Shown: positions 37,998 through 46,255, counted from the first letter of the stretch. The stretch: 64,000 bases of DNA from Vicinamibacterales bacterium (GCA_035537775.1 DATLLQ010000053.1:19521-83520), one strand, 5' to 3'. Notes: generated by a model from the letters alone, not told the origin. Program-made: numbers and translations.

Positions 37998-38396
37998 ATG
38001 GACACAATTTTAGGCATCCTTGGGTTAGCCCTTGCCATCGCGAGTTTGGTCCCGGCCTTCACGGCAACTAAGACCAAGCTCAAGATTGTCGCAGTCGCCA
38101 TCACGCTCGCGCTGATCGGTGTTATTGGCGTGCAAGTCTATCGGGCGCACATTGAAAGAACTGCTGTCGAGAGCGCGAAAGAGGATGTTCTGCGGTTGCT
38201 GGTGGGCAACAATCCGCTGAGTTTCGATCAGATCTATGGCGGTCTCAACTATGTGGACTATGAGACCGTTGCTGAGGCGATCGATGAACTCGTATCAGAG
38301 AGGCAAATTCACCACCGCCCGGTTGAAGCCACGTCGGAGTCCGGCAAGAAGTACGTCGTCCGCGTCTACAATTCAATTGACTTTCCGATTCCATAA
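37998..38396 (+). CDS. Hypothetical 2-TM protein with a C-terminal winged-helix-like domain
   Basis: Two TM helices (MDTILGILGLALAIASLVPAF and IVAVAITLALIGVIGVQVY) are followed by a helix-helix-helix-beta-hairpin pattern (VLRLLVGNNPLSFDQIYGGL...AEAIDELVSERQIHHRPVE...KKYVVRVY). Confidence 0.5.
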   Translation: MDTILGILGLALAIASLVPAFTATKTKLKIVAVAITLALIGVIGVQVYRAHIERTAVESAKEDVLRLLVGNNPLSFDQIYGGLNYVDYETVAEAIDELVSERQIHHRPVEATSESGKKYVVRVYNSIDFPIP

Positions 38397-38504
38397 GCCC
38401 AAGCGGCGAGCGAAGCGAGCAGCGGCATGAACGAGAGCGTGCTGCGGCAGACCATATCGCGCAGCGAGATGGCTCACCAGCCGTAGCTCACAGCGGGCGG
38501 TGAG

Positions 38505-38536
38505 GTCCACCTCCGATCCTTCGGACTACGGTGGAC
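38505..38536 (+). repeat. Nested hairpin containing a degenerate REP-like unit (TCCGA-TCCT-TCGGA-CTACG)
   Basis: The sequence is GTCCACC-TCCGATCCTTCGGACTAC-GGTGGAC, read directly. Confidence 0.35.
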
Positions 38537-38713
38537 AACCTTCGCGTGGCTGGCCCGGCAACCCACTGAGAATTCCCGGGCATCAATGCATGCGCACTCT
38601 GTGCGCTTGCATACGCGGCAAAGGGAACCGGACCGCGTGTGCGTGATCTCCGTCTGGAATGACGATTGCTTGGTCGAGCGAATTTGCTGAGAACTCTTCC
38701 GAGAGGAGTAGCT

Positions 38714-40363
38714 ATGCTCGATCGAACTCGTCGTCTGCTCAATTGGACGTCTGCGCTCCCACATGGATCGGCGAGCCGCTCGTCAGAGAGACGTGAGTCG
38801 AATCCGCCGCCTCTTGGAACCACAAGGACGGAAGTGACGGCGGTGTTGCTCGCATTGACCGTGATCGGCTTCGGCGTTTCCGCCAGGGGTGGTGGTGGTG
38901 CTGATCTCGGCCCGGAGCTGGTGGAACCGCAAGTGATCACGTCGAAATTCGGCCTGCTCGAACTGACTCTCGAAGCGGCGCCGAGCGTCGTCACTGTCGC
39001 CGGGCAAGTGTTCATGTCGAACGTCTACAACGGCCAGTACATCCCACCGCTGTTCAGATTGCGCCGCAACGACGAACTGCATTTGCGGCTCGTCAATCGC
39101 ATCGGCCCGGCCGACGTTCAGATCGACACAACCCAGGCGACCAACCTGCACTATCACGGTATGGCGATCTCGCCCAGGCCGCCGGCCGATGACATCTATG
39201 TGACCATTCCGTCGCTCGAGATGATCGGAAACCCGGCCGCGAGCGTTACGTCGCATCAGCATACGCAGATGGCGATGCGCGATAACTACGTGTTCGAGTA
39301 CCGATGGCGTGTGCCGAGCGATCACGATCAGGGGCCGTTCTGGTATCACTCGCACGCGCATGGGCAAGCCGAGCCGCAGGTGCTGAGCGGGCTGTCCGGT
39401 CTGTTCATGATTGACGGCTATATCGAAAGCGAATTTCCGAGTCTCACGGACGCTCGCGAACGGATCCTGCTGCTCAAGGACATCCAGCTCCCAGGTGCTG
39501 TCGATGGCGCGCCGCTGACCAAGACGATTAATGGACAGGCGAATCCAACCATTACGGTCACCAGGGGCCAGCCGCAAATCTGGCAGATCGGCAACATCGG
39601 CGCCGATGCGTTCTTCGACCTCGAAGTCGAAGGCCACGAGTTCTGGGTGCTGTCCCGCGACGGTAACTTTCTCGCGGTTCCATACCGGGAAAGCCACCTG
39701 TTCATCCCGCCTGGCGCGCGCTACACCGTCTTTCTGAACGCCCAGAAAGTGGGCCAGTTCACGCTCAAGAGCCGGGCGGTCGACACGGGCCCCGCCGGCG
39801 ATCCCAATCCTGAGGTACAGCTGGGCACTGTCGTGGTCGAGGCTCCTTTACTCTTTGCTCGTCAGGGGCCGAGCGAACCAGGGTTGCCGCTCCGGACGCG
39901 CCGCGGGTTGCCATCCGTTGCCGATACCCTCCGCGCCATGCCGATCGCAAATCGCCGCACCATCACGTTCGAGGAGTCCGCGGATGGAAACACGTTCTTC
40001 ATCAATGGACAGCAATGGTCTCCCGATCGCAACGACACGGTCGTGCAAGTGGGAGATGTCGAAGAATGGACCGTCCGCAACGTCACTGGCGAGCATCACG
40101 TCTTTCACATCCATCAGCTCGACTTCCTCGTGACGGCCGGAACCGTCCCGGCGGCCGATATGGCCGGACTCATGGACACGGTGAACGTGCCCTACGCGAA
40201 AGACGGCGTGCCGGGCGAGGTGAAGATTCTTGTGCCCTTCCTGCGTGATCGCATCGAAGGCAGGTTCGTGTATCACTGCCATATCCTGGAGCATGAAGAT
40301 GGTGGAATGATGGCGAACATTCTGGTGCAACCGAGAAGCCCGACGTCGGTTGCCCGACGGTGA
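38714..40363 (+). CDS. Multicopper oxidase (CopA/CueO-like)
   Basis: From ORF 38666..40363, with the start moved to ATG 38714 after GAGAGGAG. The N-terminus MLDRTRRLLNW may be a Tat signal. The four copper motifs are present: HYHG, WYHSHAHG, HVFHIHQ and HCHILEHEDGGMM. Confidence 0.85.
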   Translation: MLDRTRRLLNWTSALPHGSASRSSERRESNPPPLGTTRTEVTAVLLALTVIGFGVSARGGGGADLGPELVEPQVITSKFGLLELTLEAAPSVVTVAGQVFMSNVYNGQYIPPLFRLRRNDELHLRLVNRIGPADVQIDTTQATNLHYHGMAISPRPPADDIYVTIPSLEMIGNPAASVTSHQHTQMAMRDNYVFEYRWRVPSDHDQGPFWYHSHAHGQAEPQVLSGLSGLFMIDGYIESEFPSLTDARERILLLKDIQLPGAVDGAPLTKTINGQANPTITVTRGQPQIWQIGNIGADAFFDLEVEGHEFWVLSRDGNFLAVPYRESHLFIPPGARYTVFLNAQKVGQFTLKSRAVDTGPAGDPNPEVQLGTVVVEAPLLFARQGPSEPGLPLRTRRGLPSVADTLRAMPIANRRTITFEESADGNTFFINGQQWSPDRNDTVVQVGDVEEWTVRNVTGEHHVFHIHQLDFLVTAGTVPAADMAGLMDTVNVPYAKDGVPGEVKILVPFLRDRIEGRFVYHCHILEHEDGGMMANILVQPRSPTSVARR

Positions 40364-40572
40364 ACTCCCGGGCCTCGCTGGACCAGGCTCGCCTCGATCA
40401 ATCCGGCAGCCTCATCATCGCCGCCGGGTGGACCAGTGTGCTCTCGCGCAGCGGTCTGACAATCGCCGAGCGCGCACAGGCAAAGCCATGCGTCGAAAAC
40501 ATCACGCACGATGCGTAGTTGAAGGGGGGCATTTTCCCGATAAGCGGTGTCTAATCAGGCCGAGGTGCAGCG

Positions 40573-40806
40573 ATGACGACTATCAACGGCTGGCAACGTC
40601 TTTGGCTACTGGCTTCGATTGTTTGGGCTGTTGTGCTCCTGGCGCTTGCAGGGATGCCCGACCGAGGTTGGACCATGCAGAGCGCCCTGTTCGTGGTGCG
40701 GCTGTGGATCATGCCAGTAGCGGTTGTTTATGCGTTCGGCCTTGGCCTCACCTGGGTCATGCGTGGATTTCGCGTCGAGGCCAAGCAGCCCACTACGACC
40801 TTGTAG
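40573..40806 (+). CDS. Small hydrophobic membrane protein (hypothetical)
   Basis: A 77-aa protein with 2-3 predicted TM helices (WLLASIVWAVVLLALAG and LWIMPVAVVYAFGLGLTWV). Confidence 0.4.
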   Translation: MTTINGWQRLWLLASIVWAVVLLALAGMPDRGWTMQSALFVVRLWIMPVAVVYAFGLGLTWVMRGFRVEAKQPTTTL

Positions 40807-40866
40807 CGTTTCAGATCCCGAGATCAGGCACGCCGCAGTATGGAAACGTCCGCGCTTCGGGATCAG

Positions 40867-40908
40867 GGGTGGCCGATCCGGCACGACTTAAAGGTCCTTT
40901 CCGACCTC
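40867..40908 (-). other. Degenerate copy of the 3' half of tRNA-Arg (possible relic att site)
   Basis: Three collinear blocks are shared with tRNA positions 40954-40988: GGTG, GCACGACT and CGACCTC, with small indels between them. Confidence 0.3.
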
Positions 40909-40952
40909 ACTGCCTTCACCGATTCGGCGTAACTCCTAGCAACGGAGCTAAT

Positions 40953-41029
40953 TGGTGCGCCCAGCACGACTCGAACGTGCGACCTCCTGGTTCGTAGCCA
41001 GACGCTCTATCCAACTGAGCTATGGGCGC
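40953..41029 (-). tRNA. tRNA-Arg (anticodon ACG), CCA encoded
   Basis: The reverse complement folds by hand as a cloverleaf: GCGCCCA-TA-GCTC-AGTTGGATA-GAGC-G-TCTGG-CTACGAA-CCAGG-AGGTC-GCACG-TTCGAGT-CGTGC-TGGGCGC-A-CCA. Confidence 0.95.
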
Positions 41030-41116
41030 GGTCTTGAAGTGGACTTCATGGACCCTGCGGCGGCCGCCACAGAGCGCACAAACACCAACTATAACAGAGC
41101 TTGCACAGGGGCACTA

Positions 41117-41190
41117 GGTGCGAAGGGTGCGAGGTGCAAGGTCGCACCTGCACCGTAGCACCCATCGCACCGTTCGCACCCGTCGCACCC
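41117..41190. repeat. 9-bp periodic array: GGTGCGA-type units x3, then the inverted unit TCGCACC(C) x about 6
   Basis: The sequence ggtgcgaagggtgcgaggtgcaaggtcgcacctgcaccgtagcacccatcgcaccgttcgcacccgtcgcaccc was read directly. It lies between the membrane-protein stop (41195) and the tRNA 5' end. Confidence 0.6.
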
Positions 41191-41194
41191 TCCC

Positions 41195-42427
41195 TTACGA
41201 CAACAAGTACCCCCGAATCTCCGGATCCTTGAACCGCCAGAGGACGTTGTCGATGAAGTAATGGTGGACGTTGATGAAGAGCATCGCCGCGGTGAAGAAG
41301 AAGAACATCCGCCACGCCGCAAACGTCCCCAGCGCGGTGTCGAGCGTGTTCGGCACCATCTCGAACGCCAGCCACCCGCCCAGCACCAGGCCGCTGATGA
41401 GCGCCGTCGCCTTCAGCTCGCGATGGCTCTCCCCGCGCAACCGCGTCCCCTCCAGCTTGTAGACGAACGCCAGATACTGCAGCGAGTGGAACATCGGCGT
41501 CAGCAGGAAGTAGAACTCGAACTGCCGCGTCTCAGGCATCCACCAGACGTACAGCGCCGCGAACGGCACGAGCATGTTGAGGCTCGGCACGGCGCCGCGC
41601 TCGCGGTAGTTCGCGTACAACACCTTATAGATCACGAGACCCAGACCACCGAACACCAGCAGCTGCGAGAGCGGGCCGGCCACGTCGGGCAGGTCGAACG
41701 AGTAATAGCGGAACTGCGAGAAGACGTTCTGCGACCCGCCGATGTTCGTGTAGACGAAGTTCATCACCCAGATCGTCAGCAGCGCGCGCTTCGTCAGGTC
41801 GCGCTGCGCCTGCGTCAGCTTGTAGCCGTCGAAATGGGCGTAGACCATCATGCAGCCGAACACCTGCTTGGTGTAGTGCCACCCGACGGTCAGCAGCATC
41901 AGGTTGAAGACGCCGGTGAACAATAGATCGCCAAGCCGTGGACCGGACATCACGTTCCCGGCGCCGGCAAAGCCGCCGATCGTCCCCGCGACCGACGGCA
42001 GGAACGGAAGGCGCCCGACTGACACGTCGTAAGCGGCGTACGCCAGCGCGAAGATCGCAACGAGCGCGACCGGTACGGCAATCAGTTGGTACCAGTGCGA
42101 GAGGACGAACCCGCGCCCGCGGCGATAGGCGAGCTGATAGGAGACGAGAAAGTGCGGGTAGTTGATCAGCAGCGAGAGGGACGCGGCTGTGTACGTCAGG
42201 TTCTTGAAGTGTTGATCGATCGCCCAGCTGGCCCTGAAGCCCTGCAGCGACACCATCACCAGCCACACCAGCAGGCTGGCTCCTCCCAACAGCCAGAAAT
42301 CCAGAAACCTCGTCGTCAGCGCACGCGGAACCTCGATTGGCGCGGGTACGGCGGCTTCGACCGCGTGAGGGGGACTCTCCAGAGGCGGAGGAGGAGGGTC
42401 GGCTAAAGCGACTGATGTCGTGCTCAC
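41195..42427 (-). CDS. Polytopic membrane protein with four conserved-looking His motifs (unknown function)
   Basis: A 410-aa protein with about 9-10 TM helices. The His-containing motifs are NYPHF, GWHYTKQ, MFHSLQY and NVHHYFIDNVLW. The N-terminus is Pro-rich. Confidence 0.7.
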   Translation of the reverse strand: MSTTSVALADPPPPPLESPPHAVEAAVPAPIEVPRALTTRFLDFWLLGGASLLVWLVMVSLQGFRASWAIDQHFKNLTYTAASLSLLINYPHFLVSYQLAYRRGRGFVLSHWYQLIAVPVALVAIFALAYAAYDVSVGRLPFLPSVAGTIGGFAGAGNVMSGPRLGDLLFTGVFNLMLLTVGWHYTKQVFGCMMVYAHFDGYKLTQAQRDLTKRALLTIWVMNFVYTNIGGSQNVFSQFRYYSFDLPDVAGPLSQLLVFGGLGLVIYKVLYANYRERGAVPSLNMLVPFAALYVWWMPETRQFEFYFLLTPMFHSLQYLAFVYKLEGTRLRGESHRELKATALISGLVLGGWLAFEMVPNTLDTALGTFAAWRMFFFFTAAMLFINVHHYFIDNVLWRFKDPEIRGYLLS

Positions 42428-42488
42428 TGATGGGCTCCCCTCAAAACGAGCGGTGCTTTAGCACGAGCTGTGCCGGGCGGAATAAAAT

Positions 42489-42586
42489 CAACTCCCAACG
42501 CCCAGCTCCAAACGCCCTAAAGACGCCCAGGTACACCGCTGCGCTTAGGAGTTTGGAGTTCTTGGGAGTTGGTAATTGGAAGTTGG
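42489..42586. repeat. Long imperfect inverted repeat built from GGGAGTTG/GGAGTT units, plus a 23-nt element GGGAGTTGGTAATTGGAAGTTGG
   Basis: The left arm CAACTCCCAAcgcccagCTCCAAAC (42489-42513) pairs with the right arm GTTTGGAGttcTTGGGAGTTG (42551-42571). The 23-mer lies at 42564-42586. Confidence 0.6.
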
Positions 42587-42595
42587 GAGTTGACG

Positions 42596-43099
42596 TTGTC
42601 CCATATCGAACATCGCGCCCGTGGCCCAGCTTCCGTGTCCTGCTTCGTCCTCACCGTGAGCGACACGCGCACAGAGGACACGGATTCGAGCGGCCGCGCC
42701 ATTCGTGACCTCCTGATCGCCGCGGGCCATACGGTCTCAGGCCACGCCATCGTTCGTGACGACCCTTCCGACGTCCGCCATCACGTCATCGAGCAATGCG
42801 GCCGCGACGCGACGCAGGCAATCATCACAACCGGCGGCACGGGGATCACGTCACGCGATGGAACCTTTGAAGCGGTCACCGGCCTCATGGACAAGCGCCT
42901 CGACGGTTTCGGCGAGCTGTTCCGGATGCTGAGCTTCCAGGAGATCGGCCCGGCCGCAATGATGAGCCGCGCCACGGCCGGCACCGTGCGCGGCACGGTC
43001 GTGTTCGTCCTCCCCGGCTCCGAAGGCGCGGTGCGCCTGGCGATGACCCGGCTGATCCTCCCGGAGCTCACGCACGCGGTACAGCAGGTCCGCAAGTGA
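42596..43099 (+). CDS. moaB: Molybdenum cofactor biosynthesis protein B (MoaB/Mog family)
   Basis: Motifs CFVLTVSDTRTEDTDSSG, ITTGGTGITSRD and GFGELFRMLSFQEIG are present. The start is uncertain: the TTG at 42569, 42590 or 42596. The TTG at 42596 lies 6 nt after GGGAG. Confidence 0.8.
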   Translation: MSHIEHRARGPASVSCFVLTVSDTRTEDTDSSGRAIRDLLIAAGHTVSGHAIVRDDPSDVRHHVIEQCGRDATQAIITTGGTGITSRDGTFEAVTGLMDKRLDGFGELFRMLSFQEIGPAAMMSRATAGTVRGTVVFVLPGSEGAVRLAMTRLILPELTHAVQQVRK

Positions 43100-44319
43100 C
43101 GACGAGAGCCATGCGTCCGTTCGAGGGGACGATGCCGCTCACGGAAGCGCGCGCGATCATCGACACGGCAATCGCGCCGATCGATCGCGTGGAGAACGTC
43201 CGCGTGCAGGAGGCAAACGGCCGCGTCCTCGCACGCGACGTCGCCGCCGGCGCCGACGTCCCGCCGTTTTCGCGCGCAGCCATGGACGGATATGCCGTGC
43301 GTGCGGCCGACACCACGGGCGCGTCCCGGCAATCGCCGGTGACGCTCCGCTGCGTCGGACAGACGTTCACCGGACAGGTGTCCAGCCGGTCGGTCGGACC
43401 CGGCGAGTGCATCGAGGTGGCAACCGGTGCGCCGCTTCCTCCCGGCGCCGATGCCGTTGTCATCGTCGAAGAAACAGAATCCACGGACGCCACAGCCGTT
43501 CGAATCTTTTCGCCCGTACAGCCGCAGCAGAACGTCGGCCGTCAGGGCGCAGACATCAGCCGGGGGCAGACTGTCCTCACTGCCGGCACCTTCCTCAACC
43601 CGGCACGAACGGGCGCGCTGTCGGCCCTCGGATTGACGACGGTTGAAGTGTTTGCGAAGCCGCGGGTGGCGATTCTTTCGACCGGAGACGAGATCGTCGA
43701 TCCCGGCACTCCCCTCGCCCCGGGCCAGATCTACGACATCAACAAGGTGACCCTCTCCGCGGTCGTCAACGAGCACGGCGGCATTGCGGTGCCCTACCGC
43801 ACGGCGGTGGACACGATCGAGGACCTGTCGAATGCCGTTGACGCCTGCCTTGCCGAAGATCTGCTCGTGTTCTCGGGCGGCAGTTCGGTGGGCCGCCGCG
43901 ACCTGATCCTCGACGTGATCGTGACCAAGGGCGACGTGCTCTTCCACGGCATCGCCGTCAAGCCCGGGAAGCCGACTGCGTTCGGGCGCATCGGGCGGAA
44001 ACTCGTGTTCGGGATGCCGGGCTACCCGACCTCCTGCCTCTCCAACGCCTACATCCTGCTGGCTCCAGCCCTGCGCCGCATCGCGCGGTTGCCGGTCCAG
44101 GCAACGCGGTCGCTGAAGACGCCGCTCGCCGGCCGCATCACGTCGGTGAGCGATCGGCATCAGTTCTATACGGTGCGCGTGGAAAACGGCCAGGCCGTCC
44201 CGGCCTTCAAGGCGTCCGGCGACATCACGAGCATGTCGCAGGCCGACGGCTATATAGAGGTCCCGGTCGGCGTCGGCTCACTGGACAAAGGCGAGCTGGT
44301 CGAAGTCACGCTCTTCTAA
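43096..44319 (+). CDS. moeA: Molybdopterin molybdenumtransferase MoeA
   Basis: The GTGA overlap couples it to moaB. Motifs PPFSRAAMDGYAV, SGGSSVGRRD and PGKPTAFG are present. An alternative start is ATG 43111. Confidence 0.9.
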   Translation: MTTRAMRPFEGTMPLTEARAIIDTAIAPIDRVENVRVQEANGRVLARDVAAGADVPPFSRAAMDGYAVRAADTTGASRQSPVTLRCVGQTFTGQVSSRSVGPGECIEVATGAPLPPGADAVVIVEETESTDATAVRIFSPVQPQQNVGRQGADISRGQTVLTAGTFLNPARTGALSALGLTTVEVFAKPRVAILSTGDEIVDPGTPLAPGQIYDINKVTLSAVVNEHGGIAVPYRTAVDTIEDLSNAVDACLAEDLLVFSGGSSVGRRDLILDVIVTKGDVLFHGIAVKPGKPTAFGRIGRKLVFGMPGYPTSCLSNAYILLAPALRRIARLPVQATRSLKTPLAGRITSVSDRHQFYTVRVENGQAVPAFKASGDITSMSQADGYIEVPVGVGSLDKGELVEVTLF

Positions 44320-44445
44320 CCCTCCACAGTCTTTCTGTCGTAATACTGTCGTGTCGTCGGCGCCCTGATGCCGTAGCGGAATCCTCGAGGGTGCCCCAAG
44401 GTTGGACCTGCAAACCCAACCATGGGTCACAAGGACTGACTGTCG

Positions 44446-44823
44446 ATGAAGATCAATGCGGAGCTGGTGCTCAGAACCAGAAAAGCGAAGTCGTGGTCTC
44501 AGGACGAGCTGGCCATCGCGGCGGGGCTCAATCTCCGGACGATTCAGCGAATAGAGACCGAAGGCACGGCATCGCTTCAATCGAGGAAAGCTCTCGCATC
44601 GGCATTGGATCTCGACATCCAGGACCTCGACCTGAAGGAGATCCGTATGCGCCAGACATATGAACACCGGGTCGTCGAGATCAAGGATCGGGGCGACCTC
44701 CCGCGTGAACTTGCCATCGCCGGCAGCGATGGGTGGGAGCTCGTCACGGCTACCGCCATGTTCAACACGATGATGACCAGGGTCGTCTACACGCTGTTCC
44801 TGAAGCGTCCAGTGGTCCAGTGA
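44446..44823 (+). CDS. XRE-family HTH protein with a DUF4177-like C-terminal domain
   Basis: The HTH region is SWSQDELAIAAGLNLRTIQRIETEG. The C-terminal region is YEHRVVEIK...GSDGWELVTATAM. Confidence 0.75.
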   Translation: MKINAELVLRTRKAKSWSQDELAIAAGLNLRTIQRIETEGTASLQSRKALASALDLDIQDLDLKEIRMRQTYEHRVVEIKDRGDLPRELAIAGSDGWELVTATAMFNTMMTRVVYTLFLKRPVVQ

Positions 44824-44865
44824 TGCAATAAAGCGCCGGCTGCGCTAATCTCCGGGCCGAATCCG

Positions 44866-46248
44866 ATGCGTCACCGACTATCGCGCCGGGAGTTCCTCGC
44901 GTCGAGCGCCGCCGGCCTGCTGGCCGGCTGCTCATCGTCCTCAGCGCAGCAGCCAGCCGCCACCGCCGCGACAGGCGGGCGAACGCTCCTCAAAGGGGGC
45001 TGCGTCCTGTCGCTCGATCCGAAGGTCGGCGATTTCGACACGGCCGACGTGCTGATCGAGGGGTCGCGGATCGCCGCGGTCGGGCCCAACATCACGGCCA
45101 CCGCCACGACGATCGACGCCTCCAACACGATCGTCATGCCGGGGTTCATCGACACCCACCGGCACATGTGGCAGGGAGCGCTGCGCAACAGCCTGCCGAA
45201 CGGCCTGCTCAACGACTACATGCGCGACATCCTCGGCCTGCGCGCCATGATGCGGCCCGAGGACGTCCGCATCGGCGACCTGGTGAGCGCGCTTGGCGCG
45301 ATCAACGCCGGTGTGACCACCGTGCTCGACTGGTCGCACATCGGCAACAGCCCTGAGCACACGGACGCCGCGATCGACGGCCTGCGCACGGCTGGCGTGC
45401 GCGCGGTGTACGGATTCGGCGCGGGGGTGGGTGCAAAGGTTCAGCATCCACAGGACATCCGCCGGCTGCGCAAGCAGCACTTTTCCTCGCCTGATCAATT
45501 GCTGACGCTTGCGCTTGCAGGAGGCATGGACGCGAAGGAGTGGGCCGTCGCCCGCGACGTTGGCGCGCCGATCTCGGTGCACGCCGGTGGCAATCTTGCG
45601 GGGCTCGAAAAATCACTCGGGCCCGACGTCACATACATCCACTGCACCACATTCACGGAGGGTGCGTGGAAGCTCGTGGCCGGGTCGGGCGGGCATATCT
45701 CGATTGCGTGCCCCATCGAGATGGAGATGGGCATCGGCGTACCGCCGATTCAGCAGTCGCTCGACCACGGCATCAGACCAAGCCTGAGCGTGGACGTCGA
45801 GACCGAAATGCCGGGTGACCTGTTCACGCAGATGCGATCGGTCTTCACGCTGCAGCGCATGCTCGCGCTCAACCCGCCTGCAGGCACGAAGCGGCCCCAG
45901 CCACAGCTCCTCACCGTCCGCGACGTCGTCGAGTTCGCCACCATAGCGGGCGCGCGCGCCAATCAGCTCGATCGGAAGATCGGCACGCTCACGCCCGGGA
46001 AAGAGGCGGACATCATCCTGCTGCGTACTGATGCGATCAACGTGCTGCCGCTCAACAACGCCTACGGCGCGGCGGTGCTCGCCATGGACACGAGCAACGT
46101 GGACACCGTGTTCATCGGCGGCCGCATGGTGAAACAAGGTGGACGCCTGGTGGGCGTGGATCTCGCGAGGATTCGCCGCGAGGCGGAACAGTCGCGCGAC
46201 TACGTCGCCGGAAAAGCGGGATGGCCGAAGTCCCGGCTGGGGAAGTAG
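44866..46248 (+). CDS. Amidohydrolase-family metallohydrolase, exported (Tat signal plus possible lipobox)
   Basis: The N-terminus is MRHRLSRREFLASSAAGLLAGC. The metal-binding motif PGFIDTHRHMWQ is present. Confidence 0.85.
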   Translation: MRHRLSRREFLASSAAGLLAGCSSSSAQQPAATAATGGRTLLKGGCVLSLDPKVGDFDTADVLIEGSRIAAVGPNITATATTIDASNTIVMPGFIDTHRHMWQGALRNSLPNGLLNDYMRDILGLRAMMRPEDVRIGDLVSALGAINAGVTTVLDWSHIGNSPEHTDAAIDGLRTAGVRAVYGFGAGVGAKVQHPQDIRRLRKQHFSSPDQLLTLALAGGMDAKEWAVARDVGAPISVHAGGNLAGLEKSLGPDVTYIHCTTFTEGAWKLVAGSGGHISIACPIEMEMGIGVPPIQQSLDHGIRPSLSVDVETEMPGDLFTQMRSVFTLQRMLALNPPAGTKRPQPQLLTVRDVVEFATIAGARANQLDRKIGTLTPGKEADIILLRTDAINVLPLNNAYGAAVLAMDTSNVDTVFIGGRMVKQGGRLVGVDLARIRREAEQSRDYVAGKAGWPKSRLGK

Positions 46249-46255
46249 CCCGGGT

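Noticed and set aside
38474-39015. Minus-strand ORFs 38474..38764 and 38488..39015
   Set aside because: They overlap the oxidase 5' end and its leader, and their composition is not protein-like.
40364-40572. Short ORFs after the oxidase stop, for example 40273..40509 minus and the frame giving LDQARLDQSGSLIIAAGWTSV
   Set aside because: They overlap the oxidase 3' end or lack start and SD signals. They might be gene remnants, but there is no recognisable family.
42428-42600. A possible Moco riboswitch upstream of moaB
   Set aside because: I could not find the conserved Moco-motif stems or loops by eye. The region is dominated by GGAGTT-type repeats. It remains untested without a covariance-model search.
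42781-44160. A 459-aa minus-strand ORF
   Set aside because: It is antisense to moaB and moeA, which have unambiguous motifs.
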